Shown here in pieces: positions 1 to 9,473 of a stretch of 64,000 nucleotides of DNA. Source of the DNA: Candidatus Bathyarchaeota archaeon (GTDB lineage Archaea; Thermoproteota; Bathyarchaeia; Bathyarchaeales; Bathycorpusculaceae). Both the position numbers and the translations under genes were made by a program. The stretch covers positions 11,658-75,657 of the forward strand of contig CAVZPM010000002.1 of assembly GCA_963777155.1 (NCBI GenBank). The letters are read 5' to 3'. The notes below the pieces were generated by a model. The model saw nothing but the letters and a program-made list of their open reading frames with translations, was not told the origin of the DNA and made no database searches. The first letter of the stretch is position 1. Each line of letters opens with the position of its first letter.

Positions 1-239
1 CAGCAGACGTCGTTTTGGTGAAAGATGAACTTGCCCAAATTCCCTACCTTCTAAAACTAAGTGAAAAAACAATGACCATAGCCAAACAAAATATTGCTGC
101 TTCGCTGGTGGTAAAGTTGATTTTGGGCGCTTTAGGCTTGATGGGTTTAACGCCGTTGTGGTTCACAGTTGCTTCAGGAGACGATGGAGTAACTATGCTG
201 CTTCTGCTAAATACACTTCGCCTTGAAAGAATAAAATAA
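1..239 (+). CDS. Heavy-metal translocating P1B-type ATPase, C-terminal fragment (runs off window start)
   Basis: ADVVLVKDEL...AKQNI...L.LMGLTPLWFTVASGDDGVTMLLLLNTLRL matches the final TM helices of ZntA/CadA-type ATPases. Confidence 0.85.
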   Translation, partial: ADVVLVKDELAQIPYLLKLSEKTMTIAKQNIAASLVVKLILGALGLMGLTPLWFTVASGDDGVTMLLLLNTLRLERIK

Positions 240-312
240 GTTGTTTTAAGACGTCGGCCAAGGACTCATAGGTTTTTATATGAAAAATTAATAAGAGTTA
301 AAAAATAGTCAA

Positions 313-822
313 ATGAGCATGCCCAAAACTTATCCGAAGGCTCAGCCTAAAAAGAACAAACAGAAGAAACGTCTTAAGGACCAACCAAAACCATTTAACC
401 TGCTGAAGAGCAAGTATTACTGGGTAACCCTGACTGCGGCTATTCTTGTTTTTGCTGTTGCCGTTGGATTATTAATGCAGATCTCGTTGGGAGAAGAGCT
501 ATTGATTTTAGGCAGTATTTTGTCGATTTTGGGTTTGACCTTCTACGTTGGTTTCAAGTCTTCTGAGGGTTACAATAAACGTGCAACGTTCTTTTTTGTT
601 GGAGCATCCATAGTTGGTTTCAGCATTTGGGCTGTGATGGTGCTTTCCTTCATGACAACAGGGGTTATGTCGCTAATTTCGAGTACGGTTGGTATCGACT
701 TGTTTGCTGTCACGAGCTTTATAATTTGCTTGGTTTTAGGTGCATTAGTCGGTGATTTGATAGGAAAAAATAGAGAAACTATAGGTCTACATGCTGAAAA
801 AATTAGAAATAGACTGCTTTAG
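313..822 (+). CDS. Hypothetical membrane protein (about 4 TM, basic N-terminus)
   Basis: 169-aa ORF with four hydrophobic segments; TATA-like element upstream (~273-282). Confidence 0.7.
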   Translation: MSMPKTYPKAQPKKNKQKKRLKDQPKPFNLLKSKYYWVTLTAAILVFAVAVGLLMQISLGEELLILGSILSILGLTFYVGFKSSEGYNKRATFFFVGASIVGFSIWAVMVLSFMTTGVMSLISSTVGIDLFAVTSFIICLVLGALVGDLIGKNRETIGLHAEKIRNRLL

Positions 823-927
823 CTTGCCAGAAAAAGGCGAATGAAGCAATTTTTTGTACTTTCCCCAGAAACTTTAAGAGCACAATCCCTCAGCATGTTC
901 TAAGACCAACGTAAGGACCGACTAAAA

Positions 928-1806
928 TTGAAATTTGGAATAATGACGCGGAACATGGAAGCCTGGAGCTCTACTCAAGTTCGAGAAGCCCTAACTAAAC
1001 GAGGGATTCCATACGAATGCTTCACTTTCCCACGTCTTGTGGCAAGACTTGCTTACAGACCTTACTTTAAAGTCAATGGTACAAGTATTTTAGATGAATT
1101 AGATGCACTAATCATTCGCCCAATTGGACGCGGTTCATTAGAGGAATTGGTTTTCCGCATGGATATGCTCTACAAGCTTGAGCGCCAGGGATTCTACATG
1201 GTTAACCCGCCGACCGCCATCGAACACTGCGTCGACAAATATGACATTTTAGCGCTTCTAGAAGACGTTGGTGTCCCTGTACCTCGCACTTTAGCCACCG
1301 AAAGCGTAAACGAAGCCATAAAAGCATTTCATGAACTCGGAGGCGACATAGTTGTTAAACCCATCTTCGGCTCACGCGGACAAGGAGCCACACGCGTAAA
1401 TGATATAGACATCGCCGACACGGTCTTCAAAGCCATAACCTTCCACCATGGCGTTATCTACATGCAAGAATTCGTACCTCACGGAACCTCAGACATACGA
1501 GCCTTCGTTATCGGAGACCAAGTCGTTGCATGCATGCGCAGGGTAGCTACAGGATGGAAAACAAACTATAGTCAAGGAGCCAAACCGGCACCAGCAACGA
1601 TCAGTAAAGAATTTGAGGAAATAGCTGTTAAGTCAGCTAAAGCAGTAGGCTGCAAGATTGCTGGCGTAGATATCCTTGAGGGACCAGACGGTCCTCGCAT
1701 CGTAGACGTAAACAGCCAACCCGGCTGGAAAGGCTTGCAGGTAGTTGCAAAAGTTAACATTGCCGAAGAAATAGTCAACTTTGTGTTGACAGAACTGAAA
1801 AAATAA
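928..1806 (+). CDS. RimK-family ATP-grasp alpha-L-glutamate ligase (MptN/CofF/LysX-like)
   Basis: Motifs DK, VVKPIFGSRGQG, YMQEFV, DIRAFVIG, WKTNYSQG, GVDIL, DVNSQPG. Confidence 0.9.
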   Translation: MKFGIMTRNMEAWSSTQVREALTKRGIPYECFTFPRLVARLAYRPYFKVNGTSILDELDALIIRPIGRGSLEELVFRMDMLYKLERQGFYMVNPPTAIEHCVDKYDILALLEDVGVPVPRTLATESVNEAIKAFHELGGDIVVKPIFGSRGQGATRVNDIDIADTVFKAITFHHGVIYMQEFVPHGTSDIRAFVIGDQVVACMRRVATGWKTNYSQGAKPAPATISKEFEEIAVKSAKAVGCKIAGVDILEGPDGPRIVDVNSQPGWKGLQVVAKVNIAEEIVNFVLTELKK

Positions 1807-2811
1807 TTACTTGCCTGACAAGAATCAGAGTGTAGGGGTCATCGGCGACCTGCGGAAACTGTGTTTCTTTTCCTTTCTTTATTAGAACCCGTTCCTTGTT
1901 TTCTTTAAATTCACCTAGAAAGTAAGCAGATAAGCCATACTTGGCTAATGAGGCAGTGACTTTTTCTTGCGCTTTAGGAGAAACAGCCGCCAAAATCGTA
2001 CCCGTCGAAGACATTGACAACATTTGCTCATCTGTGAGGTTAAAGTGTTGTTTTAGGGCATAGACTTCCTTTGGGAAACGAGATTTTTTCCCAATCAACC
2101 CTTAACCCAACTTTCGATGCCTCAGCCAATTCGTTGAGAGCTGCCACAAACCCGCCTTCAGTCGCATCATGCATTGCATGCACGTCTTCAATTTCCGCAA
2201 GCTGAAGAGCCTCTCTTACACAGCTTTGCATGTGAACCAGTTTGGCGAGTTTCTCTTGTGTGTTAACTCCGAAGAGTTCTTGCGCTTCTTCCTTGTGAGT
2301 GAGTGAAAAGTTGGTTATTGTTTCTAAACCCAAGCGGTTTTGTGCACAAAATCAAATCACCTGCCTTGGCGTTTCCCGGCGTAATCAATTTTCGTGGTTC
2401 TACAGTTCCGTAAACCGTGCAGACACCGAGCATATCTTTGAGGCTGTCGTACATTCCTGTGTGTCCACGAACAATTGCAACGCCTAATTCGTCGACAGCT
2501 TGGCATGTTTGCTTCATGATTTTCTGGAAAACTTCTGGTTTTGTCCCTTTTGGTCCAAGGAGGTTTATTGTGCAGAATTCTGGTTTAGCCCCAAACAGCG
2601 CTACATCCGAAGCTGCATAATGTAATCAGAAGCCATCCAAACCACTCTTCAGGCACTCCCAGTGCATGGGTCCGTTGCAACCGCCACGTACTTGCCATGT
2701 AAAAGATGGACTCCTGCATCATACCCAATCATGGGCGGAACGATTACTCGAAAATCCTTCTTTATACAACTAAGCAATTTTTGGAGATCTTCGATTCGAA
2801 AGTTTCCCCAT
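1807..2811 (-). CDS. AIR synthase-family (PurM/HypE/ThiL-like) protein, broken by several frameshifts
   Basis: Stitched fragments: MGKLS...GYDAGV...VATDPC...AASDVALFGAKP...VRGHTG...KAGDLILCTKPLG...AMHDATEGG...SSTGTILAAV. Confidence 0.8.
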
Positions 2812-2825
2812 ATTTCTCATTCTCC

Positions 2826-3381
2826 TTAAATATAAATTTTTAGTACCTTGCTTTTCTGTAGTAGGCCTATTAATAGCACTTATTATCATGTTCGGGTACG
2901 AGGTAACTTCCGTTGTAGACTGCTGAGTAAAGCATGGGCTCATACCTTCAGGCGCATATGAGGCAAAGATAGACGACGCCTGAAACAAAATGCAGATGAA
3001 GCGTCCTGTAATTCCAACGACGACGCCAGCGACTGGCACTTTTTGGAAGAACCCTGCAAATCCAAGCACACCGAACGGCAGTGTATAATCCAGAGCACTG
3101 AGGTAGAAAATGGGTTTGACGACAAATGACTGCGAGCTGCAACAAACCCGAATACAGCGCCTGCGAATATACCAATTTTGGCTCCCGTCTTAAAGCGCAA
3201 GCCAAATTATAGGTACCATCCAAGGTGTAATTGAGCCTCCTTCGTGGCTAAAAACGAGTGACTGACATAAGCTAAGGCCCTGCCAACGCCACAAATATTG
3301 TTATTTCTGCGAGGATTTTGTTGGATTGTATGTTGTCTTTAAATATTTCTTAGGGTTAGGTTCAGTATTGGTTGTGTTCAA
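2826..3381 (-). CDS. thiT: Energy-coupled thiamine transporter S-component ThiT (many frameshifts)
   Basis: Manual translation across frames: KILAEITIFVALA, EGGSITPWMVPIIWLAL, GAKIGIFAGAVFG, LDYTLPFGVLGFAGFF, GRFI, HFVSGV, FASYAPEGMSP, YSAVYNGSYL. TTG start at 3381 lies right after a TPP riboswitch. Confidence 0.85.
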
Positions 3382-3385
3382 GTTT

Positions 3386-3484
3386 GTTTTTCCCTCCGCC
3401 AGTATTACCTGGTTCAGGTTCCTAAGGGTCGACAGCAAACAGCCGTCCTCTCAGCCAGGTCACTTTCCCAGCTCCCCAAGAACT
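3386..3484 (-). ncRNA. TPP (thiamine pyrophosphate) riboswitch aptamer
   Basis: Minus strand reads GGGGAGCTGGG-aaagtga-CCTGGC-TGAGA-GGACGGC-tgttt-GCTGTC-GACCCTT-AGGAACCTGAA-CCAG-GTAATA-CTGG-CGGAGGGA. All conserved THI-box elements are present (P2 GGGG/CCC, P3, UGAGA, P3a, ACCUGA, P5 with UAAU loop, GCG.AGG), upstream of thiT. Confidence 0.95.
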
Positions 3485-3539
3485 AATGGGATAATGTTTT
3501 TAGGTGATATTTTAGTTTTCCTACCCAAACACTAACGAG

Positions 3540-6032
3540 TTGATTAGCATGCAACCTATGCCTAAGGAATACAATTTTGCTGAAATCGAGCGGAAATGGC
3601 AGAGCAAATGGGAAGAGATGGGTATCTACCACTACGATTGGAATGATAAGCAACGAGTGCCCTACAGTATTGACACGCCACCTCCTTACCCTTCGGGCGA
3701 ACTCCACATGGGCAACGTCCTCAACTGGACATACTTTGACATGGTTGCACGCTACAAACGAATGCAAGGCTACAACGTGTTGTTTCCACAGGGTTGGGAT
3801 TGCCATGGTTTAGGTATAGAAATCCAAGTGGAAAAGTCAAGAAACATCCGCAAACGTGACATCCCCCCAGACCAGTTCCGGTCATGGTGCATCGAGCTTG
3901 TTGAGAAATACATCGCCATGATGAAGGAAGGCATCCTTAAAATGGGCGCCAGCATTGATTGGACTACTGAATACAAAACGATGGATCCCGACTATTGGCG
4001 CCGCACACAACTTAGTTTCGTGTTGCTACACAAGAAAGGTTTCATGTACCAGGGCACACACCCCGTTAACTGGTGTCCCCGAGATGAAACCGCGATCGCC
4101 GACGCAGAAGTTGACCACATAAAAAAGGAAGGCACCCTGCATTATATTCGGTTCCATCTTGAAGGCAGCAGTGAATACCTACTAATTGCCACGTCACGCC
4201 CCGAATTTATTCCAGCATGCGTTGCTGTTGAAGTAAATCCAAAAGACGAACGCTACAGCAAGTACATTGGCAGAAAAATTTCTGTACCCCTTATGAACCG
4301 CGAAGTAACCATCATTAGTGAGGAATCAGTGGACCCGAGTTTTGGCACAGGCGTTGTCCAAATCTGTACTTACGGCGATAAAGAGGATGTAAAGACAGTA
4401 ATAAAACACAAACTTCCCGTTATTCGACTCCTTACTGAAAGTGGAAGAATTAGCGAAGCTGGCTGTAAATACTCGGGTTTGTATGTTAACCAAGCGCGTG
4501 CAGCAATCGTTGCCGACTTAACAACTGCTGGACTGCTGGAAAAGACAGAAAAGATACAGCAGGAAGTGGGCGTTTGCGATCGTTGCAAAGCCCAAGTCGA
4601 AATTCTAGAGGTTAAACAATGGTTCATGAAAACCATGCCCCTCTCTGAAGCTGTGGAAAAAAATGCTAATGAGATTCCGTGGTATCCCGATTATATGAAA
4701 AACCGTTTGATCGACTGGACACGGGCTTTGGATTGGGATTGGGTTGTTAGTCGCCAAAGACTGTTTGCTACGCCCATTCCTGTTTGGTACTGCAAGAGCT
4801 GCGGAGAAGTTGTAGTTGCTGAGGAAAGCTGGGTGCCAATTGACCCTCGAATGGAGAAACCTCGAATTGACAAGTGCCCCCGATGTGGCGGCGCCGATTT
4901 CACTGGGGAAACCGACGTGTTGGATACATGGATGGATTCCTCAATCACATGCGCGGTCCATGCGGGCTGGCCAGACCGAGCTGACTGGAAGCACCTATTC
5001 CCAGCGAGTGTTCACCCATCAGGTACAGACATCATCCGAACTTGGGCATACTACCTCATGGTACGCCACCTAGCCTTGTTCGACCAGCGCCCTTTCAACA
5101 GCGTCCTCATAAACGGCATGGTATTAGGTGCAGATGGCAGAAAAATGAGCAAATCACTGAAGAATTACGTTGCAGCTCCAGAAGTTTTGAATAAAAGTGG
5201 TGCTGATGCAACTAGGCAGTGGGCTGCTGGTGGAGGAGCAACAGGTTCAGATATTCCTTTCCGCGCCCAAGATGTCGAATATGGCAGACGCTTTTTGGTA
5301 AAACTGTGGAACGTTACTGGGTTTGCAAGTAACCTCTTAGCAGACTATAACCCCAAAGCCAATGCGGAAGTTGATCTGCAGCTACTTGATAAATGGATTC
5401 TCAGCAAAACGGAGAACTTGATTAAAAAAGTTACAGAAGCCTTCGAAAAATGCCAATTCAACATCGCAGTCGAAGAGATCCGTAACTTCACCTGGCACGT
5501 CTTCTGCGACTACTACATTGAATCAGTGAAGGATAGACTATATCATCAAGAGGAGGAGAACGCACCGAAAAGGCGAGCTGCTCAACGGACCCTTTATGAG
5601 GTACTGTACAAAATTCTGCAGTTGCTAGCACCAATAACTCCTCACTTAACTGAAGAAATCTATCAAAATATGTACGCTGATGATAAAGGTTTCAAAAGTT
5701 TACAGATAACCCTTTGGCCAAAGGTAGACAACGCCCTCGTCGACGAGACAATAGAAGAGGAAGGAGATAAAGTGATGGCTTTAATTGAGGATGTGCGAAG
5801 AAAGAAAGCGGCGCAAAAGTTGCCATTAAATATTCCCGTTTTGTCCCTTGACGTCTACGCGGGAAATGAAACAAGCGCCAACCTAATCATTTCAAGCAAA
5901 GAAGATATTGCAGGGACTCTCAAAGTTGTAGGTAATTTTAACGTTATCCCCAAAGCTGGTCAAGGCCAAGAAGTGCCACAATTTCCAGGGGTAATTGCTG
6001 TTGCTATCTTCGGGGCGGTAACCAAGAAATGA
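3540..6032 (+). CDS. valS: Valine--tRNA ligase
   Basis: IDTPPPYPSGELHMGN (HIGH), GWDCHGL, DWVVSRQR, DTWMDSS, KMSKS; archaeal type. Start may be ATG 3549. Confidence 0.96.
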   Translation: MISMQPMPKEYNFAEIERKWQSKWEEMGIYHYDWNDKQRVPYSIDTPPPYPSGELHMGNVLNWTYFDMVARYKRMQGYNVLFPQGWDCHGLGIEIQVEKSRNIRKRDIPPDQFRSWCIELVEKYIAMMKEGILKMGASIDWTTEYKTMDPDYWRRTQLSFVLLHKKGFMYQGTHPVNWCPRDETAIADAEVDHIKKEGTLHYIRFHLEGSSEYLLIATSRPEFIPACVAVEVNPKDERYSKYIGRKISVPLMNREVTIISEESVDPSFGTGVVQICTYGDKEDVKTVIKHKLPVIRLLTESGRISEAGCKYSGLYVNQARAAIVADLTTAGLLEKTEKIQQEVGVCDRCKAQVEILEVKQWFMKTMPLSEAVEKNANEIPWYPDYMKNRLIDWTRALDWDWVVSRQRLFATPIPVWYCKSCGEVVVAEESWVPIDPRMEKPRIDKCPRCGGADFTGETDVLDTWMDSSITCAVHAGWPDRADWKHLFPASVHPSGTDIIRTWAYYLMVRHLALFDQRPFNSVLINGMVLGADGRKMSKSLKNYVAAPEVLNKSGADATRQWAAGGGATGSDIPFRAQDVEYGRRFLVKLWNVTGFASNLLADYNPKANAEVDLQLLDKWILSKTENLIKKVTEAFEKCQFNIAVEEIRNFTWHVFCDYYIESVKDRLYHQEEENAPKRRAAQRTLYEVLYKILQLLAPITPHLTEEIYQNMYADDKGFKSLQITLWPKVDNALVDETIEEEGDKVMALIEDVRRKKAAQKLPLNIPVLSLDVYAGNETSANLIISSKEDIAGTLKVVGNFNVIPKAGQGQEVPQFPGVIAVAIFGAVTKK

Positions 6033-6763
6033 AAAGGGTTGGGTTAATTGGCTGCGGCGCTATCGGAACAGTGCTAGCTGAAGCCATCGAGCGTAAGATA
6101 GTGGTCTGTGATGAACTGGTCATTTTTGATGTGGATGCGGCAAAAGCAGAGAAACTCAAAGACTCATTAAAATTCCCCGTAAAAATCATGCCGAACGTGG
6201 ATGAGTTGCTTGCGTCCAAGCCGTCAATAGTTGTTGAAGCAGCATCCCAGCAGGCCGTGCGAGAATACTACAAGAAAATTTTAGCGGCAAACATCGATTT
6301 CATCATCATGAGCACAGGCGCACTTTTAGATCTAAACACAAATACCCCTAAACTGCACTTTCCCTCAGGCGCCATCGGAGGGCTAGACGCGATCTCTCCT
6401 GCTGCTTTAGCTGGAATCAACGAAGTCACGCTGACTACCCGCAAACCCCCCAAAGCCCTTGGAAAAACCAATAGCCAAGAGGAAACCGTGTATGAGGGTT
6501 ACGCAGAGGAAGCAGCAAGACAGTTCCCACGGGAAATGAACGTTGCAGCAACATTAGCCTTAACCGTTAAACCAGCCAAAGTGAAAGTGCAAGTGGTATC
6601 CGACCCAACCGTCGTACGCAACACCCACCAAATCCATGTTAAATGGCGCTACGGCGAAATGACTATGCAGTTTGCCAACGACCCCCACCCAGACAACCCC
6701 CACACCAGCGCACTTGCAGCATGGTCAGCCATAAACCTTCTAAAATCACAACTAGAAAAATAG
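6029..6763 (+). CDS. nadX: L-aspartate dehydrogenase (NadX / DUF108)
   Basis: GCGAIG Rossmann motif, VVEAASQ, PSGAIGGLD, TTRKPP, NVAATLAL, NPHTSALAA. Confidence 0.85.
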   Translation: MKRVGLIGCGAIGTVLAEAIERKIVVCDELVIFDVDAAKAEKLKDSLKFPVKIMPNVDELLASKPSIVVEAASQQAVREYYKKILAANIDFIIMSTGALLDLNTNTPKLHFPSGAIGGLDAISPAALAGINEVTLTTRKPPKALGKTNSQEETVYEGYAEEAARQFPREMNVAATLALTVKPAKVKVQVVSDPTVVRNTHQIHVKWRYGEMTMQFANDPHPDNPHTSALAAWSAINLLKSQLEK

Positions 6764-7103
6764 CAACACCAAAAACTTAGACATCTGTGGAAGTAGTTGA
6801 ATAAAGCAAATACCTCATTAAAATCACCTAACATTTCCAAGGGAGCAAGCCAAAAATAAGAATAATAACTGTAAGGAGACTTGCATCAATATTCAAAAGG
6901 GAAATTCAGCATATCATTGGAGATGTTAGAAAATTTTGCAGAAGCTGCTTCTAGTTTTTTCTAGCAAAGTGAGCCAATCACATTGCAAATTTCAGGAAGT
7001 ACGGCATTAAAATTGTGATTGTGACACATTTCTCGGGCTAGATATGATTGTTGCTGCGAATGCTTTTTGTCTGGCATCATGGATTAATAGGGATAGTGAA
7101 TGT

Positions 7104-7979
7104 TTGGTGCCGTTGATTTCAAGCTTTGATCCATGGCGTTCAAGCCTATGCACATGCCCGCCTAAGCTGACGTTTAACCCATACACGGGTTGCGACCATC
7201 AATGCATCTATTGCTACGCATCAAGCTACATCCAAAACTTCAAAGAATGCCACCCCAAAAAAGACACCCTAGCAATACTGAAAAGAGAAGCCACCAAACT
7301 TAAAGGAGAAACCGTCTCATTAGCAAACTCGTCGGACCCCTATCCACGAATTGAAGCAACTGAAGGTTTAACCCGACGGTGCCTCGAAGTTCTTGTGGAA
7401 AGTAACTGTAAAATTCAAATCATTACAAAAAGCAACATCGTAACAAGAGACGACGACCTCCTTAGAAAAGTTCCCGCAACAGTTGCCTTAACCATTACCT
7501 CCGATGACGATTGTGTCGCCAGAACCCTTGAACCATTGGCTCCGTCGTCTTCCCAACGGCTTAGAGCAGCGCAGGACCTAACTAAAGCAGGTATTCCTGT
7601 CTCAGTGAGAATAGATCCCATCATACCCTTCGTTAATGACCAACCGCAAAAACTAATCGCGGAACTGTCAAGCATCGGCATCAAACACGTAACTTGTTCC
7701 ACATATAAGGCTAAAGCGGACAATTGGATGAGGTTAAGCCAAGCTCTACCCAAGGTGGCAGAACAACTTAAACCCCTATATTTTAAGCAGGGTGAACGAA
7801 TCGGCGGAAGCACGCTGTTGCCTAAAGAGTTCAGGTTCAGACTCCTCAAAGGTATTCACGATTTAGCTAAGGTAAATGGGATGAAGTTTGGGGTTTGCCG
7901 GGAAGGCTTAGCCCAGCTAAATACAGCAAGTTGCGATGGTTCGTGGCTTATGCCTAAAGCAAAAGGAGGTTTAAGCTAA
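7104..7979 (+). CDS. Radical SAM protein, SplB-like (spore photoproduct lyase-related) family
   Basis: NPYTGCDHQCIYCYA (CxxxCxxC), SDPYP, IITKS, RIDPIIP; start chosen at TTG/GTG 7104-7107. Confidence 0.85.
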   Translation: MVPLISSFDPWRSSLCTCPPKLTFNPYTGCDHQCIYCYASSYIQNFKECHPKKDTLAILKREATKLKGETVSLANSSDPYPRIEATEGLTRRCLEVLVESNCKIQIITKSNIVTRDDDLLRKVPATVALTITSDDDCVARTLEPLAPSSSQRLRAAQDLTKAGIPVSVRIDPIIPFVNDQPQKLIAELSSIGIKHVTCSTYKAKADNWMRLSQALPKVAEQLKPLYFKQGERIGGSTLLPKEFRFRLLKGIHDLAKVNGMKFGVCREGLAQLNTASCDGSWLMPKAKGGLS

Positions 7980-7990
7980 TACAGAATCGA

Positions 7991-9076
7991 GTGGTGATGC
8001 TGGCGGACTTTGACTATTTCTTTGCTCAATGCGAAGAACTCCGCAATCCATCAATCAAAGACAAACCTGTGGTTGTCGGTGTATACTCTGGGCGCACTGA
8101 GGAAAGCGGAGCCGTAAGCACCAGCAACTATGTTGCCCGCAAATACGGCGTCAAATCAGGTATGCCTCTGTTCTTGGCAAAACGCAAACTAGAAGGTACC
8201 GACCCAGTTTTCTTCAAGGTGGACCACGAATATTATGACCAAATAAGCGATCGCATCATGCAGATTTTCCGGGGCTACGCAACCAGTCTGGAGCAGGTCA
8301 GCGTGGATGAAGCTTACTTGGACGTAAGTGAACAGGTTGAAGGAAGCTTTGAGAAAGCCCAAGATTATGGCCAAAAAATTAAGGCAGATGTTAAAACCAA
8401 AGTAGGAATTTCCTTCTCCATCGGTGTTGGTGCCAACAAGCTGATCGCAAAAATCGCTTGCGACAGCCAAAAACCCGACGGTTTAACAATCATTAAACCC
8501 GAGAAAGCTAAGGCTTTTCTTGCACCACTAGCAGTTGACCGCCTCTTGGGTGTAGGGAAAAAAACTACCATACACATGGAGCAAATGGGAATTAAAACAA
8601 TCGGTGACTTAGCCAAATACGATTGTCAAAGACTCATCGAAGTCTTCGGCAAAGTCATGGGCATATACTTTCATAATGCAGCCAATGCGATAGACAATGA
8701 ACCCATCGTGGAACAGGGCGAAGCTGAATCAATTAGCCGCATTGGAACCCTGAAGCAGGATACGAGGGATTTGGATTTTATTCTGCAGAAAACAGACGAA
8801 CTAACAGAATACGTTTTCAAAGACCTAACAGAAAGGAACCTGAGTTTTAAGTCAGTCTCTATCTACGTTGTTTTAGTTGATTTAAGCAGTAAAAACCGTT
8901 CAGTTACTCTTGAGCAACCAGCCAAAGACAAGGAAACCATCACAAAAAACGTCAAGACACTTTTTGAGAAGTTTCTGGGTGAATCAACACTTGAAATAAG
9001 AAGGGTCGGAGTAAAAGTTTCAGGGTTCCATAAAGAAGAACTACATCAGAAACAGTTGACGTTATTTTTCCAATAA
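7991..9076 (+). CDS. dinB: Y-family DNA polymerase IV (Dbh/DinB)
   Basis: DFDYFFAQCE, SNYVARKYGVKSGMP, SVDEAYLD, KLIAKIA, KPDG, GVGKKT, IRRVGV. Confidence 0.95.
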   Translation: MVMLADFDYFFAQCEELRNPSIKDKPVVVGVYSGRTEESGAVSTSNYVARKYGVKSGMPLFLAKRKLEGTDPVFFKVDHEYYDQISDRIMQIFRGYATSLEQVSVDEAYLDVSEQVEGSFEKAQDYGQKIKADVKTKVGISFSIGVGANKLIAKIACDSQKPDGLTIIKPEKAKAFLAPLAVDRLLGVGKKTTIHMEQMGIKTIGDLAKYDCQRLIEVFGKVMGIYFHNAANAIDNEPIVEQGEAESISRIGTLKQDTRDLDFILQKTDELTEYVFKDLTERNLSFKSVSIYVVLVDLSSKNRSVTLEQPAKDKETITKNVKTLFEKFLGESTLEIRRVGVKVSGFHKEELHQKQLTLFFQ

Positions 9077-9168
9077 TAAAATGGCTCAATTTTTATATGG
9101 TCTTTTCTGGAATAAGCTTAAATCAAGCATAGAGAATAAATGGAAACCATACCCCTTGAGATGAAGAT

Positions 9169-9399
9169 ATGAAGCGAGAAGAAGCGCTAACCTTGTTAAA
9201 AGAATTGATGATTGCCTGCGAATCTACGCAGCTAGCACCTGTTGTTTCCTTGACACCGAATTCCAAACCCGGGCACTGGAAACTGAGCATCAAATGGGTT
9301 GATGACGAAGAAAAAGACTGCTTTAAGAAAATAATCCAGGAAAGAGGATTAAGAGCCATAAGAACAGATGATGGCTACACAACCTTTGTCAAAGCATAA
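9169..9399 (+). CDS. Small hypothetical protein
   Basis: 76-aa ORF with globular-like composition, downstream of a TTTTTATA TATA box (~9090). Confidence 0.6.
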   Translation: MKREEALTLLKELMIACESTQLAPVVSLTPNSKPGHWKLSIKWVDDEEKDCFKKIIQERGLRAIRTDDGYTTFVKA

Positions 9400-9473
9400 A
9401 CTTGTTTTATTGTCTCAATTTTGAGTCAGTAACCTTTATTTTTACAGTAACACTTTTCTACTTTAGTGGTCTT

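Noticed and set aside
3326-3535. Plus-strand 69-aa ORF over the thiT leader
   Set aside because: Antisense to the TPP riboswitch and thiT start; no protein-like signal
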